Origin: an uncultured Candidatus Saccharibacteria bacterium | GTDB lineage: Bacteria > Patescibacteriota > Minisyncoccia > Phycocordibacterales > UBA918 | Length of the DNA: 64,000 bases | Assembly (NCBI GenBank): GCA_964626635.1 | Contig: CAZVFY010000001.1 | Span: 112,498-176,497 of the forward strand | Direction of reading: 5' to 3' | In this document: positions 37,420-47,045 of the stretch, piece after piece | Layout: each line of letters starts with the position of its first letter | Numbering within the stretch: the first letter of the stretch is position 1 | Program-made: the position numbers and the translations under genes | The notes under the pieces: generated by a model | Databases searched by the model: none | Told to the model about the DNA's origin: nothing | What the model saw: only the letters and a program-made list of their open reading frames with translations

Positions 37420-40327
37420 GTGACTGCATTCGAACAAATCGAAGTGCAAATGTCAAGAGAGCAAGGATGGCAAGAGCTCCGGCCGCGTTCGTGCCAGTGG
37501 CTGTTCCACCGGCTCCGGTATTAGCACCACCGCTTGGTACTACGGTGACCTGCTCGCCTGCAACTAGTGGAGTTGGTGCGGCGGTTGTGCTGATACCAGC
37601 CACAGTGCCGGCCACCTCGTCACCAGACTCGATGTCAGCGACCACTAGAGCGCCGCCAGCTCCACCGTTGTTGCTTCGATTAACGCGCGTTGCTAACGGA
37701 TTTGACGAGTCGTTTTCATCTGGATTCAAGCTTCCTTGATTACCGGTCGCTCCGCCGCCAGTACCACCGGTACTGCCACCGTTACCTGATCCTGTAGCAA
37801 CGTACGGAGTACAACTACTGTCCAAGATTACAATCGCGTCGACATCATACCCATCACCGCCCACGGTTGTTTGGTCAACTAATCGGACGTGGGTGACCTC
37901 CGTCAAACCGGCTACAGCGATGTCAACACTGCCGTCGCCAGTGATTGTACCAGCTGAAGCAAAGTTAACTCCGTCATCCGATAGTAAGACTTCTACAGCC
38001 TCTTTCGTGTCGCGGTTGCTACCGGTCACTTCGTAGATTGCAATATCGTCGCCAGCTGTATCAACTGCTTTTTGACCAGTAAATTCATAGTCTAGTTCAC
38101 CGTTGATACCGAGTGAGAAGAAATCACTTGGGTTAAACGTTGCTTCGCCGCCGGTAACGTTTTGGTAGCTAGCGATTGTATCAAGCGCCGTGAGAGTTCG
38201 TCGCTCAGTCGCTACTGGATTGCCGTCACTATCTACTGCATTGTCAGTCGATCGAACGATCGCGCCCTCAAGCGAACAAACGTTTGGTGTCGTGTCTGGA
38301 GCTACACACCCTGCAACGGTGACCGTAAGCGTTCCGCGATTATCTCTGTACCACTTATTTTTCTCTTCAAAAATGGCAAAGTTCATCGGGCTGTCTGTTC
38401 CGCTTACCAATGTTTGGTACGTATGAGCTGCGTTGTACGCACCCCACTCAACGTCTACCCCATCAATATAGAGATCGTGGGTTTCTTTCCCGGCTGCTTT
38501 CTTTGTCTGACCAGTTGGATCCCAGAACGCTGGTGATGATGGCTGGCTAGATCCAAATCCATTAAATGAGCTATATTCTGCATCTGATACATTGTCTTTT
38601 GATGTGCTGTTGCCGCCTAATCGATCAGACTCTTTACCGGTCCCGGGACCCCACGTAAAGGTACCGGATACAGTAATCAAGTAGTCTTCAGTGCTGAGCA
38701 AGTCAATGTCAGTCGTGGCTCCGGCTGGATTACGCGAATCAACGCTGAGGGTGGCAATTGTCTCGACTGTATGATCGGCTGGGCACTGGAGGACTGGGGT
38801 CGGTTCTGATGCTGGACACAAAGTAAACGTGTACGTAGCATTGTTTCCATCCACGTCATAGACAACCATGGTGTTTTGACCCGCAACCGCACCAAACACA
38901 CCGGGCTTAATAAAGTTCACATCACTCCATTCATTGTCTGACAAATCTTTCACAACGCCGTTGATTTCGACCCGATCAATCTCGCCGCCCTTATCGCGTA
39001 ACTTGTAGCTAATCATCGAATAGCCAAGTTCACAGGTAGTGGTGAATTTTTCTTCTGGTTTGATAGTCGCGGTTGGTGCGCTCGACTCTTTGTCTCGACC
39101 GGCACACAGCGTCACTATAATTTCTGTCATGTTGCCAGCAGTATCAAACAACTGAATTGTGTTCATGCCTTCAACCGCACCGTCACGTCCGGCCCGCACG
39201 CCATTAAGATCACTGAATTTGTCATCCTTCAAGTCTTTCTTTTCGCCGTTGATAAGTACGTAGTCAATTGCAACATTGTCTTTCAATTTGTAACTGACAT
39301 TTGAGAATCCTTGACCTGATTCGCACCGGTTAGCGCCATCTTTTTGGTCAATTTGTGGTTTTTTAGTGTCAATAGGAGTTGGTTCAGGACATACTGCGCC
39401 AAGACTTCCAGCCGTGGCAGTACGACTCTTGCCTTCAGCTGGGTTACCAAGTGTCCATTCAATTGCTTCAGTCGCTAGGTCAAATTCAACCGAAAACGCT
39501 GCATTTTCTGGCCGAAAGACTCCAGTATCATTAACAAATGGTGTGCGGCCAGGTAGAAATTCTGTTGGCTGTCCACGGTCTGGTCCATCCTGTACCTTGT
39601 TAAAGTCACCAAAATCAATGGTTACTGTTTCGGTGTTGCTATTTGTGTATCCAAAGTAGCCGGTCGCAGTCACACCGTCTTCATTTGGCAGGTAACACTC
39701 AAAGATTGGCTTAATTTCCCATGTTGGGTTGGTGTCAGGCTGATTTGTGTCTTCTGACTCATTTTCACCTCCCTGGTCATCTTCACCCATAGAAACAACG
39801 GCTTTAACTGTTGCAGTTTGAGCAATTAGAATAGTATTGTCACCAGTCGTTACTTCGGTGAAAATATCATACTCACCTTCGGCATCATTTTGATAGCAAA
39901 CACTCTTGCTTTGTGAATTTGTTCTAATAGTCACTTGCGTAATTGGTCCATTGTCGACATTACACACACCCTCATGAGTTCCGCCAAAGAATGTACCTCC
40001 AGCACCGCCGTCAGACAATTTCACAGTAGTTGTCTCAGTAGCCTTTTGATCAAGACTTAACTTGAAATTAATTGGCTGTCCAACCACGCCCGCAATGTTT
40101 CCCAGCTCTTCAATTTTAGTTGGTGGTGTTGGTGTATCTGGCGTGTCTAAGGCCTGAACGTCAGACAAGTCCTCTAATGTCAGATCTTCGCCTGTCTCGG
40201 TTTCAATCTCCGCATTTAATTCAGCATCCTCTTGCGCTGTCGCCACCGGCACGCTACCGATTGCAATTGCCACCAGCGCGAACGCAGTGAAGCACTTTGT
40301 AATAAAACTTTCTTGCATACGTATCAA
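37406..40327 (-). CDS. large secreted surface protein (973 aa) with tandem ~85-aa repeats and C-terminal hydrophobic anchor plus basic tail; putative sortase substrate
   Basis: Signal peptide MIRMQESFITKCFTAFALVAIAIGSVPVATAQ. Repeated ...C..G...SYKL(K/R)D...ID.V.ING..KDL...LC modules. The C-terminus is ...AGALAILALLTFALRFVRMQSHGQG, a sorting-signal-like topology but without a canonical LPXTG. Confidence 0.55.
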   Translation of the reverse strand: MIRMQESFITKCFTAFALVAIAIGSVPVATAQEDAELNAEIETETGEDLTLEDLSDVQALDTPDTPTPPTKIEELGNIAGVVGQPINFKLSLDQKATETTTVKLSDGGAGGTFFGGTHEGVCNVDNGPITQVTIRTNSQSKSVCYQNDAEGEYDIFTEVTTGDNTILIAQTATVKAVVSMGEDDQGGENESEDTNQPDTNPTWEIKPIFECYLPNEDGVTATGYFGYTNSNTETVTIDFGDFNKVQDGPDRGQPTEFLPGRTPFVNDTGVFRPENAAFSVEFDLATEAIEWTLGNPAEGKSRTATAGSLGAVCPEPTPIDTKKPQIDQKDGANRCESGQGFSNVSYKLKDNVAIDYVLINGEKKDLKDDKFSDLNGVRAGRDGAVEGMNTIQLFDTAGNMTEIIVTLCAGRDKESSAPTATIKPEEKFTTTCELGYSMISYKLRDKGGEIDRVEINGVVKDLSDNEWSDVNFIKPGVFGAVAGQNTMVVYDVDGNNATYTFTLCPASEPTPVLQCPADHTVETIATLSVDSRNPAGATTDIDLLSTEDYLITVSGTFTWGPGTGKESDRLGGNSTSKDNVSDAEYSSFNGFGSSQPSSPAFWDPTGQTKKAAGKETHDLYIDGVDVEWGAYNAAHTYQTLVSGTDSPMNFAIFEEKNKWYRDNRGTLTVTVAGCVAPDTTPNVCSLEGAIVRSTDNAVDSDGNPVATERRTLTALDTIASYQNVTGGEATFNPSDFFSLGINGELDYEFTGQKAVDTAGDDIAIYEVTGSNRDTKEAVEVLLSDDGVNFASAGTITGDGSVDIAVAGLTEVTHVRLVDQTTVGGDGYDVDAIVILDSSCTPYVATGSGNGGSTGGTGGGATGNQGSLNPDENDSSNPLATRVNRSNNGGAGGALVVADIESGDEVAGTVAGISTTAAPTPLVAGEQVTVVPSGGANTGAGGTATGTNAAGALAILALLTFALRFVRMQSHGQG

Positions 40328-40392
40328 TAGTTATAGTTCAGTAATCGCCTACCCACCAGACTCGTTTGAGTGCGGCTAGAATGGTTTACTCC

Positions 40393-40420
40393 ACAGTACG
40401 CAATGTGGACTTTTTGTCAA
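40393..40420 (-). promoter_or_regulatory. candidate sigma70-type promoter for the 973-aa surface protein gene
   Basis: On the minus strand: TTGACA (plus 40415-40420), 16-nt spacer, TACTGT (plus 40393-40398), about 60 nt upstream of the ATG at 40327. Confidence 0.35.
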
Positions 40421-40436
40421 GTTGTACAAACAAATA

Positions 40437-41291
40437 TTATTGTGGTCGGACGCGCATATTCATCACAGCGTGACACGGATGCGCTTGATTGGTAGCGATT
40501 TTTTGCTCCATTTTGTCAACGTATGCTATCAAAGCAGCGCGTTCTTTTACCAGTGTGGCTCGGGTAGGCTTGCTGCTTTTGAGGGTCATAGGCATCACGC
40601 CACAGGCGGTGAACCGCCCAACAGTGGTGGTCGGTGCGCCAAATAGTCGCACCATTTGGTTGTCCTGGTGTCCGACAAATTGCTGCACTAATTCTGGTTC
40701 TGCAAATACTATCCAAGACTGATTGTCTGCATCTAGTAATACCACTGTCGAAGTTGAGCGCCGATCCTGCACGACCCCCATTAACCTGCCTTGTTGGGGT
40801 GCTTGCCATAACCTGGCTTCACGTTCGGCTTGGGAGGTATACATTGGCGCTACATCACCGAGCCAAGAGTCAAAATACCAGCCAAAATTATTGATATACA
40901 GTGCAGCACCCAGTAGCACGCTACTGCATACACTAGTACCGGCCAAGAATGCCACCGACGAGCGATACCCTCGCCCCACGCGGCGTAATTGCCTAATCGC
41001 AACGAGCAACATTAAGGCAAACACGCCTAGCCATACAAATGGCAGTGTATCAATCAAAAACGTCACGAAGTTACTGTGCGTCGCCTCATAAAAATCATAA
41101 TACCGATACATCCCCGCAAACGACAATACTGCTAGTGCCACGCCGCCGAGCGCGATGGACCCTACCCACAAGACCCAAGTCGCGCCACGCCGACACAAAA
41201 ACCAATACCGCGCGCGCGGCGCAATGCCTTGCTGATCTATGCAATTATAGACGCGATCTTTAAGTGGTTCTCTGGTGGGTGGAGTGGTCAT
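40437..41291 (-). CDS. membrane protein of unknown function; candidate anti-sigma factor by position
   Basis: Sits 10 nt downstream of the ECF sigma gene and is co-oriented with it. Cytoplasmic N-terminus, 3-4 TM helices and an extracytoplasmic C-terminal domain. No zinc-finger anti-sigma motif was seen. Confidence 0.3.
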   Translation of the reverse strand: MTTPPTREPLKDRVYNCIDQQGIAPRARYWFLCRRGATWVLWVGSIALGGVALAVLSFAGMYRYYDFYEATHSNFVTFLIDTLPFVWLGVFALMLLVAIRQLRRVGRGYRSSVAFLAGTSVCSSVLLGAALYINNFGWYFDSWLGDVAPMYTSQAEREARLWQAPQQGRLMGVVQDRRSTSTVVLLDADNQSWIVFAEPELVQQFVGHQDNQMVRLFGAPTTTVGRFTACGVMPMTLKSSKPTRATLVKERAALIAYVDKMEQKIATNQAHPCHAVMNMRVRPQ

Positions 41292-41301
41292 AGACTTTTC
41301 T

Positions 41302-41934
41302 TTACATACGGATAGTGTCGGTTTTTATGACAGTAGAGAGCTGTTTTTTGCCGCGGTGGATCAGCGTCCCAACTGAGCCAATCGGAATTTTGAGGATGTC
41401 GCTAATTTCTTCGTACTCTTTGTGTTCAAAAAATCGCAACAGCAACACTTGACGATACTTGTCGTCGATTTGTAATAAAGCCTGGTTGATGACCTCTGCA
41501 TTGATACCTTGGTCGAACTGCACATCAGCGTCAGTCACGTCACCGGCTGACATAAACCCGATCAGTTCGTCACTATCGCCGACCATATGCCCCTCGGGTC
41601 GAACGTTTCGTTTGCGGTACCAGCTGATGGCTTCGTTGTGCGCGATCCGGTACACCCAGGATGAAAACTTTAATTTTGGATCAAAGCCGTTGATGTTGCG
41701 GTAGGTTTTAAGGAAAATATCTTGCAGTACATCCAGTTGATCGTCCGGGTTACGCACCCCGAGCCTCGTGATGTATCGTCGTAGCGGCGCCTCGTAACGT
41801 TCGATCAATACACCGAACAATTCTTTGTTGTCGGACACGCGGGTGGCGATGGCTTCGTCACTCTCAGGAGTTGCTGGTTGTTGTTGCGAGTCATCCACCG
41901 TACAATAGTGACATGAATACCCCCGACAAGCCAA
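41302..41934 (-). CDS. RNA polymerase sigma-70 factor, ECF subfamily
   Basis: Region 2 (LFGVLIERYEAPLRRYI...DVLQDIFLKTYRNINGFD...FSSWVYRIAHNEAISWYRKR) and region 4 (VLLLRFFEHKEYEEISDILKIPIGSVGTLIHRGKKQL). The true start may lie downstream of the six-frame start. Confidence 0.8.
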   Translation of the reverse strand: MACRGYSCHYCTVDDSQQQPATPESDEAIATRVSDNKELFGVLIERYEAPLRRYITRLGVRNPDDQLDVLQDIFLKTYRNINGFDPKLKFSSWVYRIAHNEAISWYRKRNVRPEGHMVGDSDELIGFMSAGDVTDADVQFDQGINAEVINQALLQIDDKYRQVLLLRFFEHKEYEEISDILKIPIGSVGTLIHRGKKQLSTVIKTDTIRM

Positions 41935-41945
41935 TGACTTTTCCG

Positions 41946-42647
41946 ATGCGCCTCAACAAATATTTGGCCCATACTGGAGTCTCGTCCCGGCGCGAGGCAG
42001 ATACACTGATCGAGAAAGGCCAAGTCCTCATCAACGGCAACGTGGCTGCCCTCGGCACCCAAGTTCAAGACGGTGACGACGTGATAATCAAAGGCAAAAC
42101 CCCCAAGAAACAATACCTCGCCTATTACAAAGGGCGCGGGATTATCTCGCACTCACCGGAGGCGGGCGAACAAGACATCGCGACGCAACTCGAAAAGACC
42201 TACGGGCTCAGAGGTATTCACCCCGTCGGACGCCTCGACAAGGACTCGGAAGGTTTAATGATATTGACTAATGATGGTCGCCTAACCGGACCACTACTCG
42301 ATCCAGCCAGCTCCAACGAGAAAGAGTACGACGTCCTCGTCGACAAGCCGCTGACTGGTATGGCCGCGCGCATTATGGCCGGTGGTGTCGATATCGAGGG
42401 CTACCAGACTAAGCCAGCCGAGGTCACCCGTAATCCCAAGAATGACAAGCGATTCAAAATCGTCCTTACCGAAGGTAAAAAACACCAAATCCGCCGCATG
42501 TGCGCGGCGGTCGGGTACCAAGTCCAGTCACTTAAGCGAGTGCGAGTAATGAATGTAGAGCTGGGTGAGCTGAAACCAAATCAATTCCGCAAGATCAGCG
42601 GTGACGAGTTGGGCGAACTAGCTCAGCAGCTAGGTATTACATTATAA
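41946..42647 (+). CDS. pseudouridine synthase, RsuA/RluB family (S4 domain + catalytic GRLDKDSEGL)
   Basis: MRLNKYLAHTGVSSRREADTLIEKGQVLING is an S4 RNA-binding domain. The catalytic Asp motif is GRLDKDSEGLMILTNDG. The six-frame ORF starts at 41871; ATG 41946 is preferred because it matches the family N-terminus. Confidence 0.8.
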   Translation: MRLNKYLAHTGVSSRREADTLIEKGQVLINGNVAALGTQVQDGDDVIIKGKTPKKQYLAYYKGRGIISHSPEAGEQDIATQLEKTYGLRGIHPVGRLDKDSEGLMILTNDGRLTGPLLDPASSNEKEYDVLVDKPLTGMAARIMAGGVDIEGYQTKPAEVTRNPKNDKRFKIVLTEGKKHQIRRMCAAVGYQVQSLKRVRVMNVELGELKPNQFRKISGDELGELAQQLGITL

Positions 42648-42659
42648 CCGTAATTCGGG

Positions 42660-43025
42660 TTATCCAGCCACAAACACCTCCTCATCATTCACACACGACA
42701 CCATTTGCCACATATTGGCGGCGTCGTACGCCACCTCATGACATTGCTCTAGCGCAGCTTCTTTCGAAAGTGATGCGGCAGACTGGTTTAGCATGACTTC
42801 ACCATCAACACTGATCACAAAGGTGGCCGCTGGAGTGGTGCTGACACTAGCTAGTAACAGGGCTTGGACGCGGTTTATTTGGGCAGCAATCCATTGCAGC
42901 TGTACCATTATTTCAGATTCACTGCGAACCGATGGTGTAAAGTCTTCATTCGCAATTGTGCTAACTGGGTATACAAAAAGAATCCCACTCATGATTGCCA
43001 ATACTACTATGTATTTCATATACAT
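42660..43025 (-). CDS. small secreted protein, hypothetical
   Basis: 121 aa with signal peptide MKYIVVLAIMSGILFVYPVSTIA. No recognisable domain. Confidence 0.35.
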   Translation of the reverse strand: MYMKYIVVLAIMSGILFVYPVSTIANEDFTPSVRSESEIMVQLQWIAAQINRVQALLLASVSTTPAATFVISVDGEVMLNQSAASLSKEAALEQCHEVAYDAANMWQMVSCVNDEEVFVAG

Positions 43026-43052
43026 TGACTATAGTTATGGTAGTACTACTTG

Positions 43053-43655
43053 TCAAGTATTTTTTAGGTCCAGCAGTTGCTCTAAGAGCATAACGATTTT
43101 TTGTAAGAGTTCTATTTGCTCGAGTAGCTGTTTGGTCTGGTATTGTGCCGGAGTGTCAATAGTGACGTTTAGTGTGCCGCCGGTAGAATCCCCGTTTGTC
43201 GCAGCAATGAGGTCTTTCGCTAGGTCAGAATCATCTGCAAATACGTTTGATACGAGGTATTCGTCCGGGGTATCACCACTGCGCAAGACGTACACTTGGG
43301 TTGTGTCATCGGCTGGTGGCGCACCGGCGCACAAATAACCCCACGTTGGATCAACTGTAAAACTCACCGTCAGCTGCTCTGGTGCTGCACCCTGATGTAC
43401 CGCGCTAATTGCGACCGTTTGTGTCACAGCACCAGCCACGAACTGTTCATTCGGATCATCTGAACCAGTTGCTGTCAGCTCACCGTCAGTATTCAATACT
43501 TCGGCCGTCACGATAATTGCTTGGCTGTCGGCCGCCGTATAAAATTCAATCGAGCTAACAGGGTCAAGGCAAGAAAGCGCCTGGGCGGGTTGTGGTTGCG
43601 CAAAATAACCAGCTGATAGAATTGCAGCAAACAAAAATGGTGTAAAGAATTTCAT
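43053..43655 (-). CDS. secreted protein with C-terminal coiled coil, hypothetical
   Basis: The six-frame ORF runs to 43754, but the classic signal peptide MKFFTPFLFAAILSAGYFAQPQPAQA starts at ATG 43653-55. The C-terminus has the heptad segment QLLEQIELLQKIVMLLEQLLDL. Confidence 0.4.
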   Translation of the reverse strand: MKFFTPFLFAAILSAGYFAQPQPAQALSCLDPVSSIEFYTAADSQAIIVTAEVLNTDGELTATGSDDPNEQFVAGAVTQTVAISAVHQGAAPEQLTVSFTVDPTWGYLCAGAPPADDTTQVYVLRSGDTPDEYLVSNVFADDSDLAKDLIAATNGDSTGGTLNVTIDTPAQYQTKQLLEQIELLQKIVMLLEQLLDLKNT

Positions 43656-43683
43656 ATTTATAAAGTATACCAATGTAAATGCC

Positions 43684-43710
43684 CCTGTCGATCGTCTCGA
43701 CAGGGGCAGG
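43684..43710. promoter_or_regulatory. perfect 11-bp GC-rich palindrome overlapping a putative -35 (TCGACA) of a promoter for the 43655 gene; alternatively a hairpin ending typA transcription
   Basis: GCCCCTGTCGA tcgtc TCGACAGGGGC. Minus-strand TCGACA, 16-nt spacer, then TATACT about 9 nt before the ATG, which implies a near-leaderless mRNA. Confidence 0.35.
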
Positions 43711-43925
43711 GTGAGGATGAGGCGTACCAGACGCATGTTCGCAGCAATCAGCACCGCGGCATCTCCAGAGCTTCGGTTGCGCGTGCCATTAGCTACTAAC
43801 GCATTGATTTGACCTTAGCTACAGGTTAGGGTATTGCAAGGCTGCCTCCCTTTAAGTAACAAAAGCTGTTTCTTGCTACCGTTCGGCCTCAATGAGAATG
43901 TATCATCTAGGAACGCAAATTGCAA

Positions 43926-45704
43926 CTACCTCTTTCGCTCACTTTCCTTTAACTTTTGCTTTCGCAGACGGATGCTCTCGGGACAGACTTCGAGGTATTC
44001 GTCTGGCTGCATGATCTCGAGGCCGAGTTCAATCGTCAGTGGCCGATGTGGCACCAGGTTGATCGCATCATCAGACCCACTGGCGCGGACGTTCGTTAAC
44101 TGCTTACCTTTGGTTGGGTTCGCGGCCATTTCTTCACCCTTGTTGGTGTTTCCAATAACCATTCCTTCGTACACCTCGGTACCGGCGCCAATGTACAGCT
44201 CGCCGCGATCCTGGAGGTTATATAGTGAGAAGCCTAGTGCTTTGCCGGTCGCCATCGAGGTCATTGAGCCAACCTGACGTTTTTTAATCTCGCCGGCGTA
44301 GGCGCGGAATTCAATGAACCGCGACGCGAGGATCCCTTCGCCTTTCGTATCAATAATAAACTGATTCTTAAAGCCTAACAATCCGCGGGTCGGCCCCTCA
44401 AACAGCAATCGCACCTGGTTCTCGTGCGGGATCATATTCTGCATGATAGAGCCGCGGTTCGAAAGACGTTCGATCACGGTACCTTGGAACTCGCTCGGGA
44501 TATCGATAGTCACTTCTTCGTACGGTTCACTTTTGACGCCGTCGATGTCCTTGACGATGACTTGTGGTTGCGACACTGACAGCTCGTACCCTTCGCGACG
44601 CATATTTTCGAGGAGCACCGCGATGTGCATCTCGCCACGCCCTTTGACGTCGTAGGCGTCACCGCCGGCTGACTCAACCTGTAACCCGACGTTAATCTCT
44701 AGTTCTTTCTCGAGGCGTTCACCGATCTGGCGACTAGTGACGTACTTGCCTTCGCGGCCGGCAAATGGGCTCGAGTTTACTAAAAATTGCATCGCAACAG
44801 TTGGCTCGTCCACGGCAATAGCTGGAAGTAATTCGGCGTCTTCGCTGTCCGTAATAGTGGTGCCGATATCGGCATTTTCTAGACCCGCGATTAGTACGAT
44901 GTCACCCGCGAACGCTTCATCTAGTTCGACTTGTTTGACACCCTGATAACCAGACAGTTTGACGATTTTGCCCTTTTTAGTTTCCTCGCCTTCGGCCTTG
45001 AGTAGCACTTGCTGACCTTTCTTGATCGAGCCGTCATAAATACGCGCGACCGCTAATCGTCCAAGGAAGTTGTCGTACCCCAAGTTAAACACCTGCGCGC
45101 GCAGCGCCTCGCCTTCGGTATAGGTTTTGGCAACGGGGACGTGTTCCAGGATCGTATCGAGGACTGGCGCGAGGTCCACTAGTTCGTCGTCTAGGTTGCG
45201 TTTGGCGACACCGTCGCGCCCGATCGCGTAGACGACTGGAAAATTCGACTGCTCGTCGTCTGCGCCGAGTTCGAGGAATAGCTCGAGGACTTGTTCTTCG
45301 GCGCGGTCAGGATCAGCTGCAGGCTTGTCGATCTTGTTAATAACGACGATCGGTTTAAGGCCAAGTTCGAGGGATTTCTTGAGGACGAACCGGGTCTGTG
45401 GCATCGGACCTTCCTGCGCGTCGACTACCAGCAATACCGAGTCAATCGACCGCAGAACGCGCTCGACCTCTGACCCAAAGTCGGCGTGACCTGGCGTATC
45501 AACGATGTTGATCTTGGTGTCTTTGTATTCGACACTGGTGTTTTTCGCATAAATAGTGATACCGCGCTCTTGTTCGAGGGCGTTGTTGTCCATTGAGGCG
45601 TCGCCTTCGCGCGCACCAGTGAATTCCATCAGACCATCGGTCAGGGTCGTCTTGCCGTGGTCAACGTGGGCGATAATAGCGATATTGCGGATGTCAGTGC
45701 TCAT
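43926..45704 (-). CDS. typA: translational GTPase TypA/BipA
   Basis: [27 protein letters not shown]1 motif, DTPGHADF G3, NKIDKP G4, and an EF-G-like domain arrangement with a BipA-specific C-terminal domain. 592 aa. Confidence 0.9.
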   Translation of the reverse strand: MSTDIRNIAIIAHVDHGKTTLTDGLMEFTGAREGDASMDNNALEQERGITIYAKNTSVEYKDTKINIVDTPGHADFGSEVERVLRSIDSVLLVVDAQEGPMPQTRFVLKKSLELGLKPIVVINKIDKPAADPDRAEEQVLELFLELGADDEQSNFPVVYAIGRDGVAKRNLDDELVDLAPVLDTILEHVPVAKTYTEGEALRAQVFNLGYDNFLGRLAVARIYDGSIKKGQQVLLKAEGEETKKGKIVKLSGYQGVKQVELDEAFAGDIVLIAGLENADIGTTITDSEDAELLPAIAVDEPTVAMQFLVNSSPFAGREGKYVTSRQIGERLEKELEINVGLQVESAGGDAYDVKGRGEMHIAVLLENMRREGYELSVSQPQVIVKDIDGVKSEPYEEVTIDIPSEFQGTVIERLSNRGSIMQNMIPHENQVRLLFEGPTRGLLGFKNQFIIDTKGEGILASRFIEFRAYAGEIKKRQVGSMTSMATGKALGFSLYNLQDRGELYIGAGTEVYEGMVIGNTNKGEEMAANPTKGKQLTNVRASGSDDAINLVPHRPLTIELGLEIMQPDEYLEVCPESIRLRKQKLKESERKR

Positions 45705-45887
45705 AGAATATAAAAGTGAGTGTGTAGCATACGTATAAATGCAGCTTTTGTCTACTATTGGATGGGTGTGAGCGCTCGACTACAACACCTCGCTACAACT
45801 GGAACCATTCTCCCGAGAACGCATACCACCCAAACCAAAATATCCCACACCCAAATGCGATAATTATGAGAATTTTAAGTAAACCGA

Positions 45888-46544
45888 TCATTGCAATTGA
45901 TCGTCTGTGGTAGTACGCCGCCGCAGGTACCACGTGCCAGCTATGGCCACTACCAGTAAGATGATACCAAGCGGATAATACAGTAAATTCGAACCTAGCA
46001 TCCGGACACCACTGTAGCCGAACTCATTCTGGATTGTCCGGGTACGTGCGAGCGCACTCCCATACCCAATCGCTACATCACCGCCCACTGACAACAAATA
46101 CGGCCCGACATTGTCCGGCGTACTGACTTCGATGCGATACTGCCCCGCTGGCAGCGTCTCATTTGAGAGCATGGCTAGGCGGACGTTTATTCCCAATTCG
46201 CTATTGCGCCCAGCTGGCAGTGTCAAAGGATCAACAATCACCCGAGAAATTTCCTCTACCCCTCCACCGCGGGCGTCGCGGCGCACTAATAACGCCATAT
46301 ACACATCGTCGAGGTGCGCCGGGACGGTCAGCTGCAGCGCGATGTCTCGGTCTTGTTCGATTATTAGTTCGTACGTGTGTGGGTAGCCCGCCAGCGTCCC
46401 GACGTACTCGTTGGGCAGGGCGCTAGATTCAATCGGAATAAGTTCAAACGGCGCTGCATCATTCACAGTGACCGGAGCAGCTAGCACTAAGGCCCCAGGT
46501 AGCAGCAGCACCAATAAGAGACCCAAACGCAGCGGAATATTCAT
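45888..46544 (-). CDS. secreted protein with C-terminal TM anchor, hypothetical
   Basis: Signal peptide MNIPLRLGLLLVLLLPGALVLAAP and a C-terminal helix LGIILLVVAIAGTWYLRRR. Relatively GC-rich. Confidence 0.35.
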   Translation of the reverse strand: MNIPLRLGLLLVLLLPGALVLAAPVTVNDAAPFELIPIESSALPNEYVGTLAGYPHTYELIIEQDRDIALQLTVPAHLDDVYMALLVRRDARGGGVEEISRVIVDPLTLPAGRNSELGINVRLAMLSNETLPAGQYRIEVSTPDNVGPYLLSVGGDVAIGYGSALARTRTIQNEFGYSGVRMLGSNLLYYPLGIILLVVAIAGTWYLRRRTTTDDQLQ

Positions 46545-46625
46545 GGTTCTATCATAGCAGACTACTGCCGGCAGTGGCTATGCGCCAGACCCACTATCAG
46601 TTGTGCTGCGCCGCCGATATACCCT

Positions 46626-47045
46626 TTACCAACTAGATGCTGACCGGCCACGCGGCTCGAGCCCGGCTTCTTCTAGAATGGCCCTGAACGTCTCGCGATC
46701 ATTGCTCATTCGAGCGACGTGTAATGCTTCGGCCTGGTCATCAGTTAGATGCTCCCTGATCTGCAGTAGTTGGGTACGGTGGCGCTGCTGCTGTCTAGCG
46801 TGGCGGAGGTTCGCGATGACCTTTTCATCAATCCCGCCAGCAATCAACGCGTCGCGGGCGGCTGCGATGTCCCCCTGCTCGCGCAGCTCTCGGGCCACTT
46901 GGATCGCGATAACTTGATCGTCAGACAATCCAGCGCGGGTGAGGAACTCCTGGTTTCCAAAGGCTTGGACACTGGTAATCGTGACAGCGAATGCCCCTAC
47001 CGCAAATGCGAGTGAAGTTGAAGTTTGTTTCAGTGCTTTTTTCAT
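46626..47045 (-). CDS. small secreted helical protein with an internal duplicated motif, hypothetical
   Basis: Signal peptide, then two similar segments: SDDQVIAIQVARELRE and TDDQAEALHVARMSND. Confidence 0.35.
   Translation of the reverse strand: MKKALKQTSTSLAFAVGAFAVTITSVQAFGNQEFLTRAGLSDDQVIAIQVARELREQGDIAAARDALIAGGIDEKVIANLRHARQQQRHRTQLLQIREHLTDDQAEALHVARMSNDRETFRAILEEAGLEPRGRSASSW

Noticed and set aside
37406-37500. LPXTG/LAXTG sorting motif at the C-terminus of the 973-aa protein
   Set aside because: A hydrophobic helix and basic tail are present, but no LPXTG-like pentapeptide precedes them. Only a sortase-substrate-like topology is claimed.
43830-43870. SRP-RNA-like motif (GGGAGGCAGCCTTGC on the minus strand) in the typA downstream gap
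   Set aside because: It has only partial resemblance to the conserved GGAAGCAGCC/GGCAG domain IV elements, and the expected flanking helix was not found. It needs an Rfam search to go further.
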